Shown here in pieces: positions 8,966 to 18,276 of a DNA stretch of 64,000 bases. The stretch covers positions 26,979-90,978 of IMG/VR virus record IMGVR_UViG_3300028558_000022; one strand, written 5' to 3'. This stretch comes from a virus. The notes below the pieces were generated by a model. The model was not told where the DNA came from, did not search any database, and saw only the letters and a list, made by a program, of their open reading frames with translations. Position 1 is the first letter of the stretch. Every line of letters starts with the position of its first letter. A program made the translations under genes and the position numbers.

Positions 8966-9468
8966 ACGCACCCAAACGGATAGCCGTCGATTTTGACGGA
9001 ACGCTTTGTGATATGGCGTTCCCTGAAATCGGGGCGCCAAAGGTCGGAGCTGTGGAGGCCATGAAGGTTCTCCGTGCTCTTGGATTCAAGATCATCATCT
9101 GGAGCTGCCGGTGTTGCCACTGGGACTACGACGTATACGGCGGAGACCCTAAGCAGCCGGTCATGGAGCGCGACAAGGTTCAAGACATGATCGCGTGGCT
9201 CGAAGCTCACGGGATCGAGTACGACGAGATCGACGACGGCAGCCGGGGTAAGCCGAGCGCGGATTACTACATCGATGACAAAGGTATCCGCTTCGAGGAT
9301 AACTGGATGAACATTGCAGCATTCATCATGAGTCGTACAACGACAGAACGAGTGCTGGCCGAACGTCGGGCAGAGCAAGAAAAGGGTGCGGGCCGGGTAA
9401 TTCCCTTCCCCGTTCCATCGGCGAAAGAGGAAGTTCCTTTCACTGACGGCAGCGGGACAACGGCCTAA
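8962..9468 (+). CDS. HAD-superfamily phosphatase
   Basis: DFDGTL, WSCR and KPSADYYIDD motifs; overlaps the ligase stop. Confidence 0.85.
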   Translation: MNAPKRIAVDFDGTLCDMAFPEIGAPKVGAVEAMKVLRALGFKIIIWSCRCCHWDYDVYGGDPKQPVMERDKVQDMIAWLEAHGIEYDEIDDGSRGKPSADYYIDDKGIRFEDNWMNIAAFIMSRTTTERVLAERRAEQEKGAGRVIPFPVPSAKEEVPFTDGSGTTA

Positions 9469-9480
9469 CAACGGAGCGCA

Positions 9481-9687
9481 ATGGCGGAGAAATAAACCAT
9501 ATTCACGATCTTTGACGCTTCCGGGGATGAAGTGTCCAAAGTTCAGGCAGACGAGATCGTACAAAACGGTCCCCTCTTTAACCTGAGGAAGAAATACTCG
9601 TCCCCATTCGACATCGAGGCAGTCATCGCACTGACGCCGGGAATGATGATCGTAAAGGAATACAAGGAACCTCAGGAACCACAATAA
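9481..9687 (+). pseudogene. Small ORF interrupted by an in-frame TAA at codon 5
   Basis: GGAG RBS; ATG GCG GAG AAA TAA ACC ATA TTC... then stays open to a TAA abutting the next ATG. Confidence 0.45.
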
Positions 9688-10392
9688 ATGTTCCCAGAAC
9701 AAAGTGTCATCGTCGGCGAAGCTGTCGCTGGCGAGTCCGCTAAGACGCGGGCGATGCTCGAAAGCATTATCAAGAATATCGACAAACAGACGCTCGACGC
9801 GGCTGAGCTTTTGGAAAAGGTTCAGTCACAAGGTCTGTATAACCCGGACTTCAACACGTACAAGGAATACACCCGCTCTATCGGCCTGAAGGACTCAAAG
9901 GCCGAGTACCTTCCGAAGATCGTCAGGGTCATGAAATCGGTCGGGTTTGAGCGCAAGGACTACGACAAGCTCAGTATTTCCCGGCTGCGTCACATCTCGT
10001 CTCTCGATCCTGAGAAGACTTGGAAGAACCCGGAAACCGGTGAAGAGGTTCCGTTCAAGGACTTCATTGTCAACTTCGTTCAGAAGGGTGAAGAGATCGA
10101 CATGGAGACCTTGCTCCAACACATCCGTACCCTCAAGGGTTTCGTGGGAGAGAACGACATCACTTGGCTGAACCTTCCCTTTGCCCGGATCACTATGGAC
10201 AACACTGTGCGCCCGGCAATCGAGAAGATGAAAGCCCTGATCGGATCGGTCGCGAAGGACGAAGACGGAATGTCCAAGGATGCCAGTGACAGCCGTTGTG
10301 TCGAGATGATTACCGTTCACTTCCTCAATGACGAAACCGTAACCGCTGAGCAGCTCAGCGCACCGCAAGGGGAACCTCAACCGGAGGAATAG
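9688..10392 (+). CDS. Hypothetical protein
   Basis: 234-aa ORF with operonic spacing. Confidence 0.7.
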   Translation: MFPEQSVIVGEAVAGESAKTRAMLESIIKNIDKQTLDAAELLEKVQSQGLYNPDFNTYKEYTRSIGLKDSKAEYLPKIVRVMKSVGFERKDYDKLSISRLRHISSLDPEKTWKNPETGEEVPFKDFIVNFVQKGEEIDMETLLQHIRTLKGFVGENDITWLNLPFARITMDNTVRPAIEKMKALIGSVAKDEDGMSKDASDSRCVEMITVHFLNDETVTAEQLSAPQGEPQPEE

Positions 10393-10394
10393 CC

Positions 10395-10586
10395 GTGACT
10401 GAAGCACAGCGGGAACCGATGCGTACTTATCTCCTCGACAAGCTCAAAGAAGCTCGGGAGGAGATAGGTACGGTCAACCCCCAGTATTCGTACTGGGACA
10501 GGCTTGTCGAAGTGGCGATGACTGACGACGATCTCCTAGTCACGCTCGTTCGACGCGTAGAGCTGGACGGATTCAAAGGGGTCTAA
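10395..10586 (+). CDS. Hypothetical protein
   Basis: GGAGG RBS; operonic. Confidence 0.55.
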   Translation: MTEAQREPMRTYLLDKLKEAREEIGTVNPQYSYWDRLVEVAMTDDDLLVTLVRRVELDGFKGV

Positions 10587-10730
10587 ATGCCACTCGTAAA
10601 AGGAAAGTCCCGGAAGGCCATCGGTACGAACATCAAGCCCGAAGAGGCTGCGGGCCGCCCGCGTAAACAGGCGATTGCAATTGCACTCAGTAAGGCTGGC
10701 AAAGCAAAGCCGAAGCAAAAGAAAAGGTAG
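10587..10730 (+). CDS. Small basic phage protein (MPLxKGKS...KQAIAIAL type; not in the ORF track)
   Basis: MPLVKGKSRKAIGTNIKPEEAAGRPRKQAIAIALSKAGK..., a pattern common in phages. Confidence 0.7.
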   Translation: MPLVKGKSRKAIGTNIKPEEAAGRPRKQAIAIALSKAGKAKPKQKKR

Positions 10731-10735
10731 GCGCT

Positions 10736-11056
10736 ATGTCCGAAAACAAACGTCCAAAGCCTATCGTACACGTTGCTCATTCTGTGTACATCGACCCAAT
10801 TCACTGTGACTCTACGGTGTCCTATAAGGTCGTCGAACAGGGCTTAGAAGATAAGCGGTATGCCTCAGGCGAAGTTAAACTGTCGGATTGCACCCGAACA
10901 ATATCGTGGTATTTCGGGGACGGAGAGCATGAAGAATCGTTGGCAAAGATCAACCGGGCCATTGACGCCTTGAAAGCATTCAGAGTCGCCCTTCGTCACG
11001 CTCAGCTCAAGGTCAAGAGACAGCAACGTCTCGCGACAAAATCGGGAGAACAATGA
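10736..11056 (+). CDS. Hypothetical protein
   Basis: Operonic ORF. Confidence 0.6.
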   Translation: MSENKRPKPIVHVAHSVYIDPIHCDSTVSYKVVEQGLEDKRYASGEVKLSDCTRTISWYFGDGEHEESLAKINRAIDALKAFRVALRHAQLKVKRQQRLATKSGEQ

Positions 11057-11433
11057 GTCATTACGACGGATGGGTCGGCGTAGACCTTGACGGTACGCTC
11101 GCCGTATACGATCACTGGCGCGGGCCGACTCATATCGGCGCCCCGATTCCCAAGATGCTCGAACGCGTCAAGGGTTGGCTCGCTGAAGGTAAAGATGTTC
11201 GTATCTTCACGGCCCGTGTCTACGCGCCAAAGGAACCGGTAACCGATCCGGCTGTACTACGGCGTCAGAACGAAGCGGTCGCCGCACTGATCGCGATTCG
11301 GGCATGGTGCGAAGAGCATATCGGTAAAGTGCTTCCCATTACCTGTACCAAGGATTACGGGATGGTTGTCCTCTACGACGACCGTTGCCGACAGGTAGAG
11401 CAGAACACCGGAAGAGTTATCGGAGAGGAATGA
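11053..11433 (+). CDS. Second HAD-superfamily phosphatase
   Basis: DLDGTLA, FTAR and LYDDR motifs. Confidence 0.8.
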   Translation: MSHYDGWVGVDLDGTLAVYDHWRGPTHIGAPIPKMLERVKGWLAEGKDVRIFTARVYAPKEPVTDPAVLRRQNEAVAALIAIRAWCEEHIGKVLPITCTKDYGMVVLYDDRCRQVEQNTGRVIGEE

Positions 11434-11591
11434 AGACAGGTTTCGTTCACATCGGCATGACGCTACTGTGCGTACTTAGTACGTGCTACTTCGTACCTCA
11501 GCACTATTGGCCGCCAGTGATCGCCGGAGTTGTCATCTCGAACATTACCGGTTGGCTCTTTGAGCGCGTGGCAACGTATTACGGTCACTGA
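11430..11591 (+). CDS. Small membrane protein
   Basis: Two hydrophobic segments; overlapping start/stop. Confidence 0.5.
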   Translation: MKTGFVHIGMTLLCVLSTCYFVPQHYWPPVIAGVVISNITGWLFERVATYYGH

Positions 11592-11857
11592 TGCCGCTCA
11601 CGCCTTTAATCTCTCGGGCGTGCTTCGCTCGTGACGGCTGGAAGTGCCGACACTGTAACAACCGCTCCGGGCTACATCCCCATCACGTCATCTACCAATC
11701 GCAACAAGGCCCGGATACGCTAGACAACCTCATCACCCTCTGCGCGAGCTGTCACTCGGGGCACCATGCGGGAAAGCTGGGCATAGAGATTACCGCGAAG
11801 CTGAAGGACAACGTGATTGTCAGATTCACTCGCGCGAAGGGATGGAAACCAACATGA
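11591..11857 (+). CDS. HNH endonuclease
   Basis: RDGWKCRHC...HHVI...NLITLCASCH. Confidence 0.85.
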   Translation: MPLTPLISRACFARDGWKCRHCNNRSGLHPHHVIYQSQQGPDTLDNLITLCASCHSGHHAGKLGIEITAKLKDNVIVRFTRAKGWKPT

Positions 11858-12168
11858 TTAAGCTCGCCGCCGCTCTCTTGTTTGCCTTGCTACCGACGCC
11901 CGCACAGGCCCCGGTTCGCTCAGAGCCGATCAACCCAGCTCTCTACCTCACCGCAGAAGCCGCAATCATTACACAGATGGCAGAGTGGCACGTCCGCTAC
12001 CCATACACGCCGAAGGTCTATTTCTACAACGTCATTAGCGACATGCAAAGGATGAACGTCGATCCAATCGGCAGCCCAGAGTTCAACACAGACGTGGAGA
12101 ACCTTGAGGGCGATTTTACGTCACTCGCGTTCTACATCGATCAGCACAAGGACAGCGAGACGATTTAG
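11854..12168 (+). CDS. Hypothetical exported protein
   Basis: Signal-peptide-like MIKLAAALLFALLPTPAQA. Confidence 0.55.
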   Translation: MIKLAAALLFALLPTPAQAPVRSEPINPALYLTAEAAIITQMAEWHVRYPYTPKVYFYNVISDMQRMNVDPIGSPEFNTDVENLEGDFTSLAFYIDQHKDSETI

Positions 12169-12498
12169 GAGAGTCATGGCAAAAGCGAGCGGTCATGAAG
12201 GTTGCGACTGGTGCTGCGATCTATGCGGAGAGTGGGCGAACGAATGTACCTGCAATCCGAAGTGCATTGAAAAGGAATCTGATGAAACGCAAATTCAAGA
12301 ATTGGATCATCACGCTCATTGCTAAGCGAACGGGCTACACATACGGGGGATCGAGCAAGACTGTTGTGACAAAGGGATTCGGCCTGTTCTTCACAAAGTT
12401 TACAAGTCCTAGCGTTGCCGACCCTGCCGGGATGATGGACAAGGGCGCCTCATTCCATATCAACAGTAAGACGTACCGTTTTTGGAAACCACGCAATA

Positions 12499-14232
12499 AT
12501 GCAGAATAGAGCATACCAAGAGAAGGCACACGAAGCGATTCATTCCGGCCTTCTCGCAAGTGTAAATCGACAACTCATCCAAATGGCAACCGGTACAGGC
12601 AAGACGGTTGTCTTCGCGCAATTACCAGAGAAGTTGAAAGACGTTCTCCCCGGTAAGATGCTCGTACTCGCACACCGCGAAGAGTTAATCGATCAGGCTA
12701 TCGCAAAACTGAAAGCGTCGAATCCCCTTCTTCGTATCGATAAGGAAATGGCGGAGCACCGGGCGGACCCGAAGGAAGCAGACATCATTGTCGCGTCCGT
12801 GGCGACGCTGGGCCGCAAGGGAACCAAGCGCATCGAAGGTTACGACTGGTCACTGTTTGACAAGTTCGTAGTGGACGAGGCGCACCATGCGACCGCATCG
12901 ACATACGGCAACATCTTTGAGGCTGCCGGTCTCTTCAACGAAGGCAGCAACCGTTTGCTACTTGGCGTGACCGCGACGCCCCAGCGTGGGGATGGTCAGG
13001 CACTCGCGAAGGTGTTCGAGAAGATCACTTTCACGTACCCGATACGGCAAGCGATTGAGGATGGATGGCTCGTAGAACCGCGCGGGTTCAAGGTATCGAC
13101 CAAAACGTCACTGGACGGGATCAAGGTCTCGAACGGCGATTACGATCAAGTGCAGCTCGCGAACACCGTCAACACTCCAGAGCGTAACGCCCAGATCGCG
13201 AAGGCATGGCTCGAACACGCGAAGGGCCGTCAGACCATCGGCTTCACTGTCGATATTCAACACGCTAAGGACTTGGCCGCAGTCTTCAAACACTACGGCA
13301 TCAATGCTGAGGCGATATGGGGAGACGATCCCCAGCGCGAAGAGAAGCTCAAGAAGCATCGGGCCAAAGAGATCACGGTACTATTCAACGCTGCCCTTCT
13401 GACTGAGGGGTACGACGATTGGCAAATTGGTTGCGTGATCCTTGCCGGTCCCACAAAGTCCCCGGTGAAGTTCGCCCAGATGGTCGGACGCAGCACTCGC
13501 TTAGAGGACGGCATCGGCAACCTGATCGAAGCGAAGTCCGTTTATGAAGGAAAGACTCTCATCAAGGATGCTCTCATAGCCCTTGAGAAGGGCATTTACC
13601 CATTCAAGGTGGATTGCATCATCATCGACGTTGTGGACAACAGCTCTCGCAACTCGCTTGTGACGCTGCCAACACTTCTAGGAATGAGCGCCAAGCTCGA
13701 CCTCAGAGGTAAGGGCATCGTAGCAGCGGTCAAGGAACTGGAAGACGCCCAGAAGCAATACCCGCATATCGACTTCACAAAGCTCGATGACATCTCCCAA
13801 CTTCAGGCACACATCGAGAATGTCAACCTGTTCGACATCAAGTTCCCGGCTGAAGTCGAGATGAACAGTAAGCTCTCATGGTATCCGTCACCTTCGGGTG
13901 GTTACGTCATGTTACTACCGGACAAAGACCGTATCGAGATCAAACAGAATATCCTTGACAAATTCGATATATCTGCTACGATCAAAGGGAATCGATACAA
14001 AGGCGAGCGAGACACGATTGAAGCTGCTTTCGCGGCTGCCGATGACACGATCAACAAAGTAATTCCCGAAGCACTCAAAATCATCAGACGTGAAGAAACG
14101 TGGCATAAGCAACCGGCAACCCCGGCACAGCTTAAACTTCTCGCCAAGTTCTTCAAAGGTAAAGCCATTCCGCCTGACCTCGACAAAGGCAAGGCGAGCA
14201 AACTGATTTCCAGCTACCTTGCTGGGAAATAA
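12499..14232 (+). CDS. Superfamily 2 DEAH helicase (Res/IRC3-like)
   Basis: ATGTGKT, DEAHH, TATP, LTEGYD, QMVGRSTR. Confidence 0.92.
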   Translation: MQNRAYQEKAHEAIHSGLLASVNRQLIQMATGTGKTVVFAQLPEKLKDVLPGKMLVLAHREELIDQAIAKLKASNPLLRIDKEMAEHRADPKEADIIVASVATLGRKGTKRIEGYDWSLFDKFVVDEAHHATASTYGNIFEAAGLFNEGSNRLLLGVTATPQRGDGQALAKVFEKITFTYPIRQAIEDGWLVEPRGFKVSTKTSLDGIKVSNGDYDQVQLANTVNTPERNAQIAKAWLEHAKGRQTIGFTVDIQHAKDLAAVFKHYGINAEAIWGDDPQREEKLKKHRAKEITVLFNAALLTEGYDDWQIGCVILAGPTKSPVKFAQMVGRSTRLEDGIGNLIEAKSVYEGKTLIKDALIALEKGIYPFKVDCIIIDVVDNSSRNSLVTLPTLLGMSAKLDLRGKGIVAAVKELEDAQKQYPHIDFTKLDDISQLQAHIENVNLFDIKFPAEVEMNSKLSWYPSPSGGYVMLLPDKDRIEIKQNILDKFDISATIKGNRYKGERDTIEAAFAAADDTINKVIPEALKIIRREETWHKQPATPAQLKLLAKFFKGKAIPPDLDKGKASKLISSYLAGK

Positions 14233-14247
14233 GAGGAGATCATACTT

Positions 14248-14601
14248 ATGCGCATCGAAGCTACGCAACCATCCAAAACTCACGGCGGTTTCTACATGAC
14301 GAACGGTGACAACTCAGCGCCTTCAAAACCGAAACGCCCCGTCGATATCACGGTTACAGAGGGCACGGCAAATGATCCGGTCGGTCCTCAAGTCGCTGAC
14401 TTGAAGATCGGTCAGGCACTCAAGTACAAGCTCAGCGGTAATACTGTCGCACGGTTGGCCGGGAACGTATTCGTCAAGGTGTACAACAAGGGCACCTTAC
14501 CCCCGGTGTTCTTCGATACGGATCACGCCGCCTACTTTATCAAGTATGAGCCATCGGTCATGCTGCCTGAGGGTACAACGCTCACGATCAAGCTCCAGTA
14601 A
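14248..14601 (+). CDS. Hypothetical protein
   Basis: Operonic ORF with GGAG RBS. Confidence 0.55.
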   Translation: MRIEATQPSKTHGGFYMTNGDNSAPSKPKRPVDITVTEGTANDPVGPQVADLKIGQALKYKLSGNTVARLAGNVFVKVYNKGTLPPVFFDTDHAAYFIKYEPSVMLPEGTTLTIKLQ

Positions 14602-14605
14602 CGGA

Positions 14606-14624
14606 GTTTGCCAAATTGACAAAC
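14606..14624. promoter_or_regulatory. Operator palindrome (inverted copy)
   Basis: GTTTGCCAAATTGACAAAC is the reverse complement of the 3644 copy with one mismatch. Confidence 0.6.
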
Positions 14625-14927
14625 ATTCCCGCTCTCAGCCGATACCAGTTCGGCTTACTCACACATACTGCGAAGGCAGACATTCCAGTGTTCCTCTTGG
14701 CAATGCCGAACCTGAAAGATACGCCTTCGCAACGGTTCGGGCTAAAGGCCCGGCACAACGAGATCAAAAGCCTAATGGCGGCTGGTCTCATTGAAGAGGC
14801 GTCCGACGAGTTTCGCGAGCACGTTCGCGAGCACGAGAAGCAGACCGGGCGCCGGTTCAAGGTATTCGGCCTCACCGAAATTGGTTTCAAGCTCTTTCAA
14901 GACACGTCAACAGAACACGTTAACTAA
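14616..14927 (+). CDS. Hypothetical protein
   Basis: Operonic ORF. Confidence 0.5.
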   Translation: MTNIPALSRYQFGLLTHTAKADIPVFLLAMPNLKDTPSQRFGLKARHNEIKSLMAAGLIEEASDEFREHVREHEKQTGRRFKVFGLTEIGFKLFQDTSTEHVN

Positions 14928-14957
14928 ACACAGCACTTAACCACATCTGGAGGATTC

Positions 14958-15362
14958 ATGTCGCTACTCGCAGAGGAGACCCCTGTCTCTATCAAGAAAT
15001 CCAACCATCAGGCGAACATCGTTCGCATCTCTGAGCTACTTCCCCACAACAACTCTGACAATCTCGCACTGGTCAAGATCGGCGGCTACCAAGTCGTTGT
15101 GAGAAAGGATCAGTTCAAGATCGGCGATTTGGCCGTATACATTCAACCGGACTCCGTTGTCCCGCAGACTGAGCCATTCCGTTTCATCTGGGAACAGTAC
15201 GCCACATGCTCAGTGTGCGGCAACGGGTGGGGCGCTCATAAAATGAGCTGCTACCCTGAATACCCCAGAAAGGCGTCTGAGGTTCCGGTAACCCGATGTA
15301 CAGATTCAGTAATAGCTTTGAGCCGAATCAGGTACTTGAGATCGCGGTCCGAACTGCGTTGA
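14958..15362 (+). pseudogene. N-terminal OB-fold domain of a DRB0094-type RNA ligase, truncated or fused
   Basis: VRISELLPHNNSDNLALVKIGGYQVVVRKDQFKIGDLAVYIQPDSVVP; no KxxG ligase domain follows. Confidence 0.6.
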
Positions 15363-15521
15363 AACTCTTCGAGCACATGGGCGAACAGCGAAACCGCACA
15401 ATGCGCTATGTACATGAGAACTACCTAGAAAGACTTTGGCGTGAACGGAATCATTTGCGAGTCCCGGCCCCGGTACAGACCGTACCCAGTACGCAAGGAC
15501 GCTTGTTCAGAGAGGAAGACA

Positions 15522-15884
15522 ATGGTCAAGGCACTTCGTCGGTTACTGTCGCATAAGGACATCGGCTGGAAAGAGATCGGTGAAGAGTTCACGAGATACA
15601 CGATCCTCAAGACGCGGTGGTTCAACGTATACCTTCACCAACTGAACGCCCCGAACTGGCATCCTGAGTGTCACGATCACCCTTGGTCGTTTGTGACGTT
15701 CATCCTGTGGCGCGGGTACCTCGAACAGGTTGGGGACAAGTTGTATCGGCGCCGGGCCGGTTCCGTACACTATCGACCGGCTGACTTCTCGCACAACGTC
15801 ATCACGCCTTACGGTACCGCATGGTCCGTGATCGTGACGACTCGGAAGACCCGCGACTGGGGGTTCAATAGCTGTCCGGTATAA
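15522..15884 (+). CDS. Cupin-like protein
   Basis: YLHQ...HDHPWSF...GYLE...H pattern. Confidence 0.7.
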   Translation: MVKALRRLLSHKDIGWKEIGEEFTRYTILKTRWFNVYLHQLNAPNWHPECHDHPWSFVTFILWRGYLEQVGDKLYRRRAGSVHYRPADFSHNVITPYGTAWSVIVTTRKTRDWGFNSCPV

Positions 15885-15916
15885 GGCTGTGGTTGCCTTA
15901 TACTTGAAAGGGTCAC

Positions 15917-16138
15917 ATGAGCGAGGTATTCAAATTCGGCGGAACTGAGCTTGATCTGGAGCACAATGTCGGTGATCCTAAGTGCTCTTCGTGTATGAGC
16001 GATAACTACCCAAAACCATGCTCTCAGCCGGGATGTACCGGGTTGATTCACCTTGAGGGCGAAGAAATTTGGGACAATGAAATTCAAGGGTACGACTATT
16101 TCACGCGTACCAAGTGCGACGCTTGCGGTAATGTTTGA
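15917..16138 (+). CDS. Small Cys-rich (zinc-binding) protein
   Basis: CSSC, C-x4-C and CDAC. Confidence 0.55.
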   Translation: MSEVFKFGGTELDLEHNVGDPKCSSCMSDNYPKPCSQPGCTGLIHLEGEEIWDNEIQGYDYFTRTKCDACGNV

Positions 16139-16191
16139 CAATTTGGCAAACACGGAAATCATTTGACATTTTAAGCAAAACGTGAGATACT
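16130..16191 (+). promoter_or_regulatory. Operator palindrome (16133-16151) plus promoter TTGACA-17-GATACT (16163-16191)
   Basis: 22 bp identical to 3641-3662; precedes the primase-helicase. Confidence 0.7.
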
Positions 16192-16247
16192 ACGAACACT
16201 TGAACAAGAGAGCCTTCGGGCGGAGTCAAATCTAGCAAAGGGAGTAA

Positions 16248-18275
16248 ATGCCTAACGTATCAGATAGTTTCGCCGGAAGCCCGGCGTTCCAATTTATACA
16301 GAGTCAAGGATGGAACTGGAAGCCTTCAACCCCACCGAACATTGAATTAGAAACCTGCCCATATTGCGGCAAGACCGGCTACGGTCACTGTTACATGGAG
16401 ATACACGGGACTTCTGACGAACAGAAGAACCGGGACTCTCTTCACATCTGCCACAAATGCGGTAAGGGCGGTCGCCTCTTCGACCTAAAGAAACATCTGA
16501 ACATCTCGATCCCCGACGTTGAGTCTCGTAAGGACTGGTCAGGGGGAGCAAAGAAAACAGAAGACCTACCAGACATCGACGCCTGTCATCAGGCATTGCT
16601 AGAAGACGCTGAGGCGATGGACTACCTCATGAACGGACGCGGCTTCTCGCGAGAGGTCATTGAAAAGCAGAAGGTCGGTCTCGTTCAGGAACGATACTTC
16701 CGCAACATTGGAAAAGCGCGTGCAATCGTTTATCCCTATCTCGTTAATGGCAATTGCGTGTTTGTACATTACCGCACGTTGCCTACTATGCCTCTGGCAG
16801 ATAACAAGGTGCCTAAGGGGTTCAGCTCTCCGACCGGCTGGGATGCTCCGCTGTATAACGGCGAGATTCTTCGCGATGGCCTCAAAGAGGTCTTTATGGT
16901 TGAGGGCGAAGCGAATTGCATCGCGGCGATGGACAAGGGTGTCTCGAACATCTGCGGCGTCCCCGGCGCCAACTTCAAAAAGGCGGAGTGGATCGGGACG
17001 CTGGACAAGCTCGACGGACTTGAGAAGATTTACATCTGCTACGACAAGGATAAGGTCGGGCAGCAAGCGGCACAGAACTTAGCGGTTCGCATCGGTATTG
17101 AGCGTTGCTGGAAGATCACACTCCCAGACTTCGACGTTACGACTGACGAAGGCGAGAAGCGCAAGGGCAAGGACTTAAACGAGTGGTTCGCGGTCGGCGG
17201 CGGTACAGCCGAAGCGTTCGAGAAGCTCAAGGAAGATGCCATCCTGTTCGATGTGGAAGGTGTCGCCAGCTCGAAAGACGCGATACAAGAGTTTGAGGAT
17301 GAGCTTAACGGTAAGGTTGGACTCGAACCGTCGTACAAGACGCAATGGCCCGGCCTGAACAAGCTCGTGGGATTCGATCCCGGCGATGTAATTGACATCA
17401 TCGCTCCTGAGAAGGTCGGCAAGACAACATTCGCACTCAACCTGATCGAACACATGGTTGATACATACGGGGAAGATGGCATCATCATCTGCCTCGAAAT
17501 GACAAGGGCAAAGCTCGCGCGTAAGTGGATTTCACACAAGGCGGGAATTGCCGATGACATTCCAACAACGCCGGAAGAGGCGGTAACACTCAAGTCGAAG
17601 TTCTTAGCGGCAATCCCAGTAGTCCGGGACATGGCCGCAAACAGGCAAGGTGATCTCTACTTCTGCCTACCGAAGTACAAAACAACTGAAGACATCTACA
17701 ACCTCATTCGGCAGTGTATCCGCCGCTATGGAGTCAAGTGGATTGTGCTCGACAACCTTCAACGACTTGCCGATACGACATCGGACAGCGGGAAGGGCCG
17801 GACAACGCACCTTTCGGAGATCAGCAAAGTAACTTCGCAGATCGCCAAGGAATACAACATCCAAATGGTTCGCATCTTGCAGCCTCACCGTGTAGCTCAG
17901 GGCAAGGTTGCGACGAGCGACAACACAGACGGTTCGTCTCAGATCGCAAAAGACTGTGACTGCAACATTGCTCTTCACAGAGAGAAGATCGCCGAGACCG
18001 ATTCGTCCAAGGTGGACATGACGATGGGGACCGATCAGGCCCAGTCGTTCAAAAACGAAACGCTGGTACTGGTAGGACTCTCGCGATTCTCTGGCGGCGG
18101 TAGTACGTGGCTCATGTGTGACGGCGCCCGGAGTACGTTTAGCAACTTCGGCCCGGAAAGCATCGCAGCGGTACAAGCCGAGCTGAACAAGGACAAAGGG
18201 ATTATGGGAACGCTGCAATCAGCCGTTACCCCACCCAACGCAGAGGAACCACCGGTCGGGGAGATCAGCATCTAA
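16248..18275 (+). CDS. DNA primase-helicase (T7 gp4/Twinkle-like: Zn ribbon, TOPRIM, SF4 helicase)
   Basis: CPYC...CHKC, VEGEAN, YDKDKVG, KDLNE, APEKVGKT, LEM and LDNL motifs. Confidence 0.9.
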   Translation: MPNVSDSFAGSPAFQFIQSQGWNWKPSTPPNIELETCPYCGKTGYGHCYMEIHGTSDEQKNRDSLHICHKCGKGGRLFDLKKHLNISIPDVESRKDWSGGAKKTEDLPDIDACHQALLEDAEAMDYLMNGRGFSREVIEKQKVGLVQERYFRNIGKARAIVYPYLVNGNCVFVHYRTLPTMPLADNKVPKGFSSPTGWDAPLYNGEILRDGLKEVFMVEGEANCIAAMDKGVSNICGVPGANFKKAEWIGTLDKLDGLEKIYICYDKDKVGQQAAQNLAVRIGIERCWKITLPDFDVTTDEGEKRKGKDLNEWFAVGGGTAEAFEKLKEDAILFDVEGVASSKDAIQEFEDELNGKVGLEPSYKTQWPGLNKLVGFDPGDVIDIIAPEKVGKTTFALNLIEHMVDTYGEDGIIICLEMTRAKLARKWISHKAGIADDIPTTPEEAVTLKSKFLAAIPVVRDMAANRQGDLYFCLPKYKTTEDIYNLIRQCIRRYGVKWIVLDNLQRLADTTSDSGKGRTTHLSEISKVTSQIAKEYNIQMVRILQPHRVAQGKVATSDNTDGSSQIAKDCDCNIALHREKIAETDSSKVDMTMGTDQAQSFKNETLVLVGLSRFSGGGSTWLMCDGARSTFSNFGPESIAAVQAELNKDKGIMGTLQSAVTPPNAEEPPVGEISI

Positions 18276-18276
18276 A

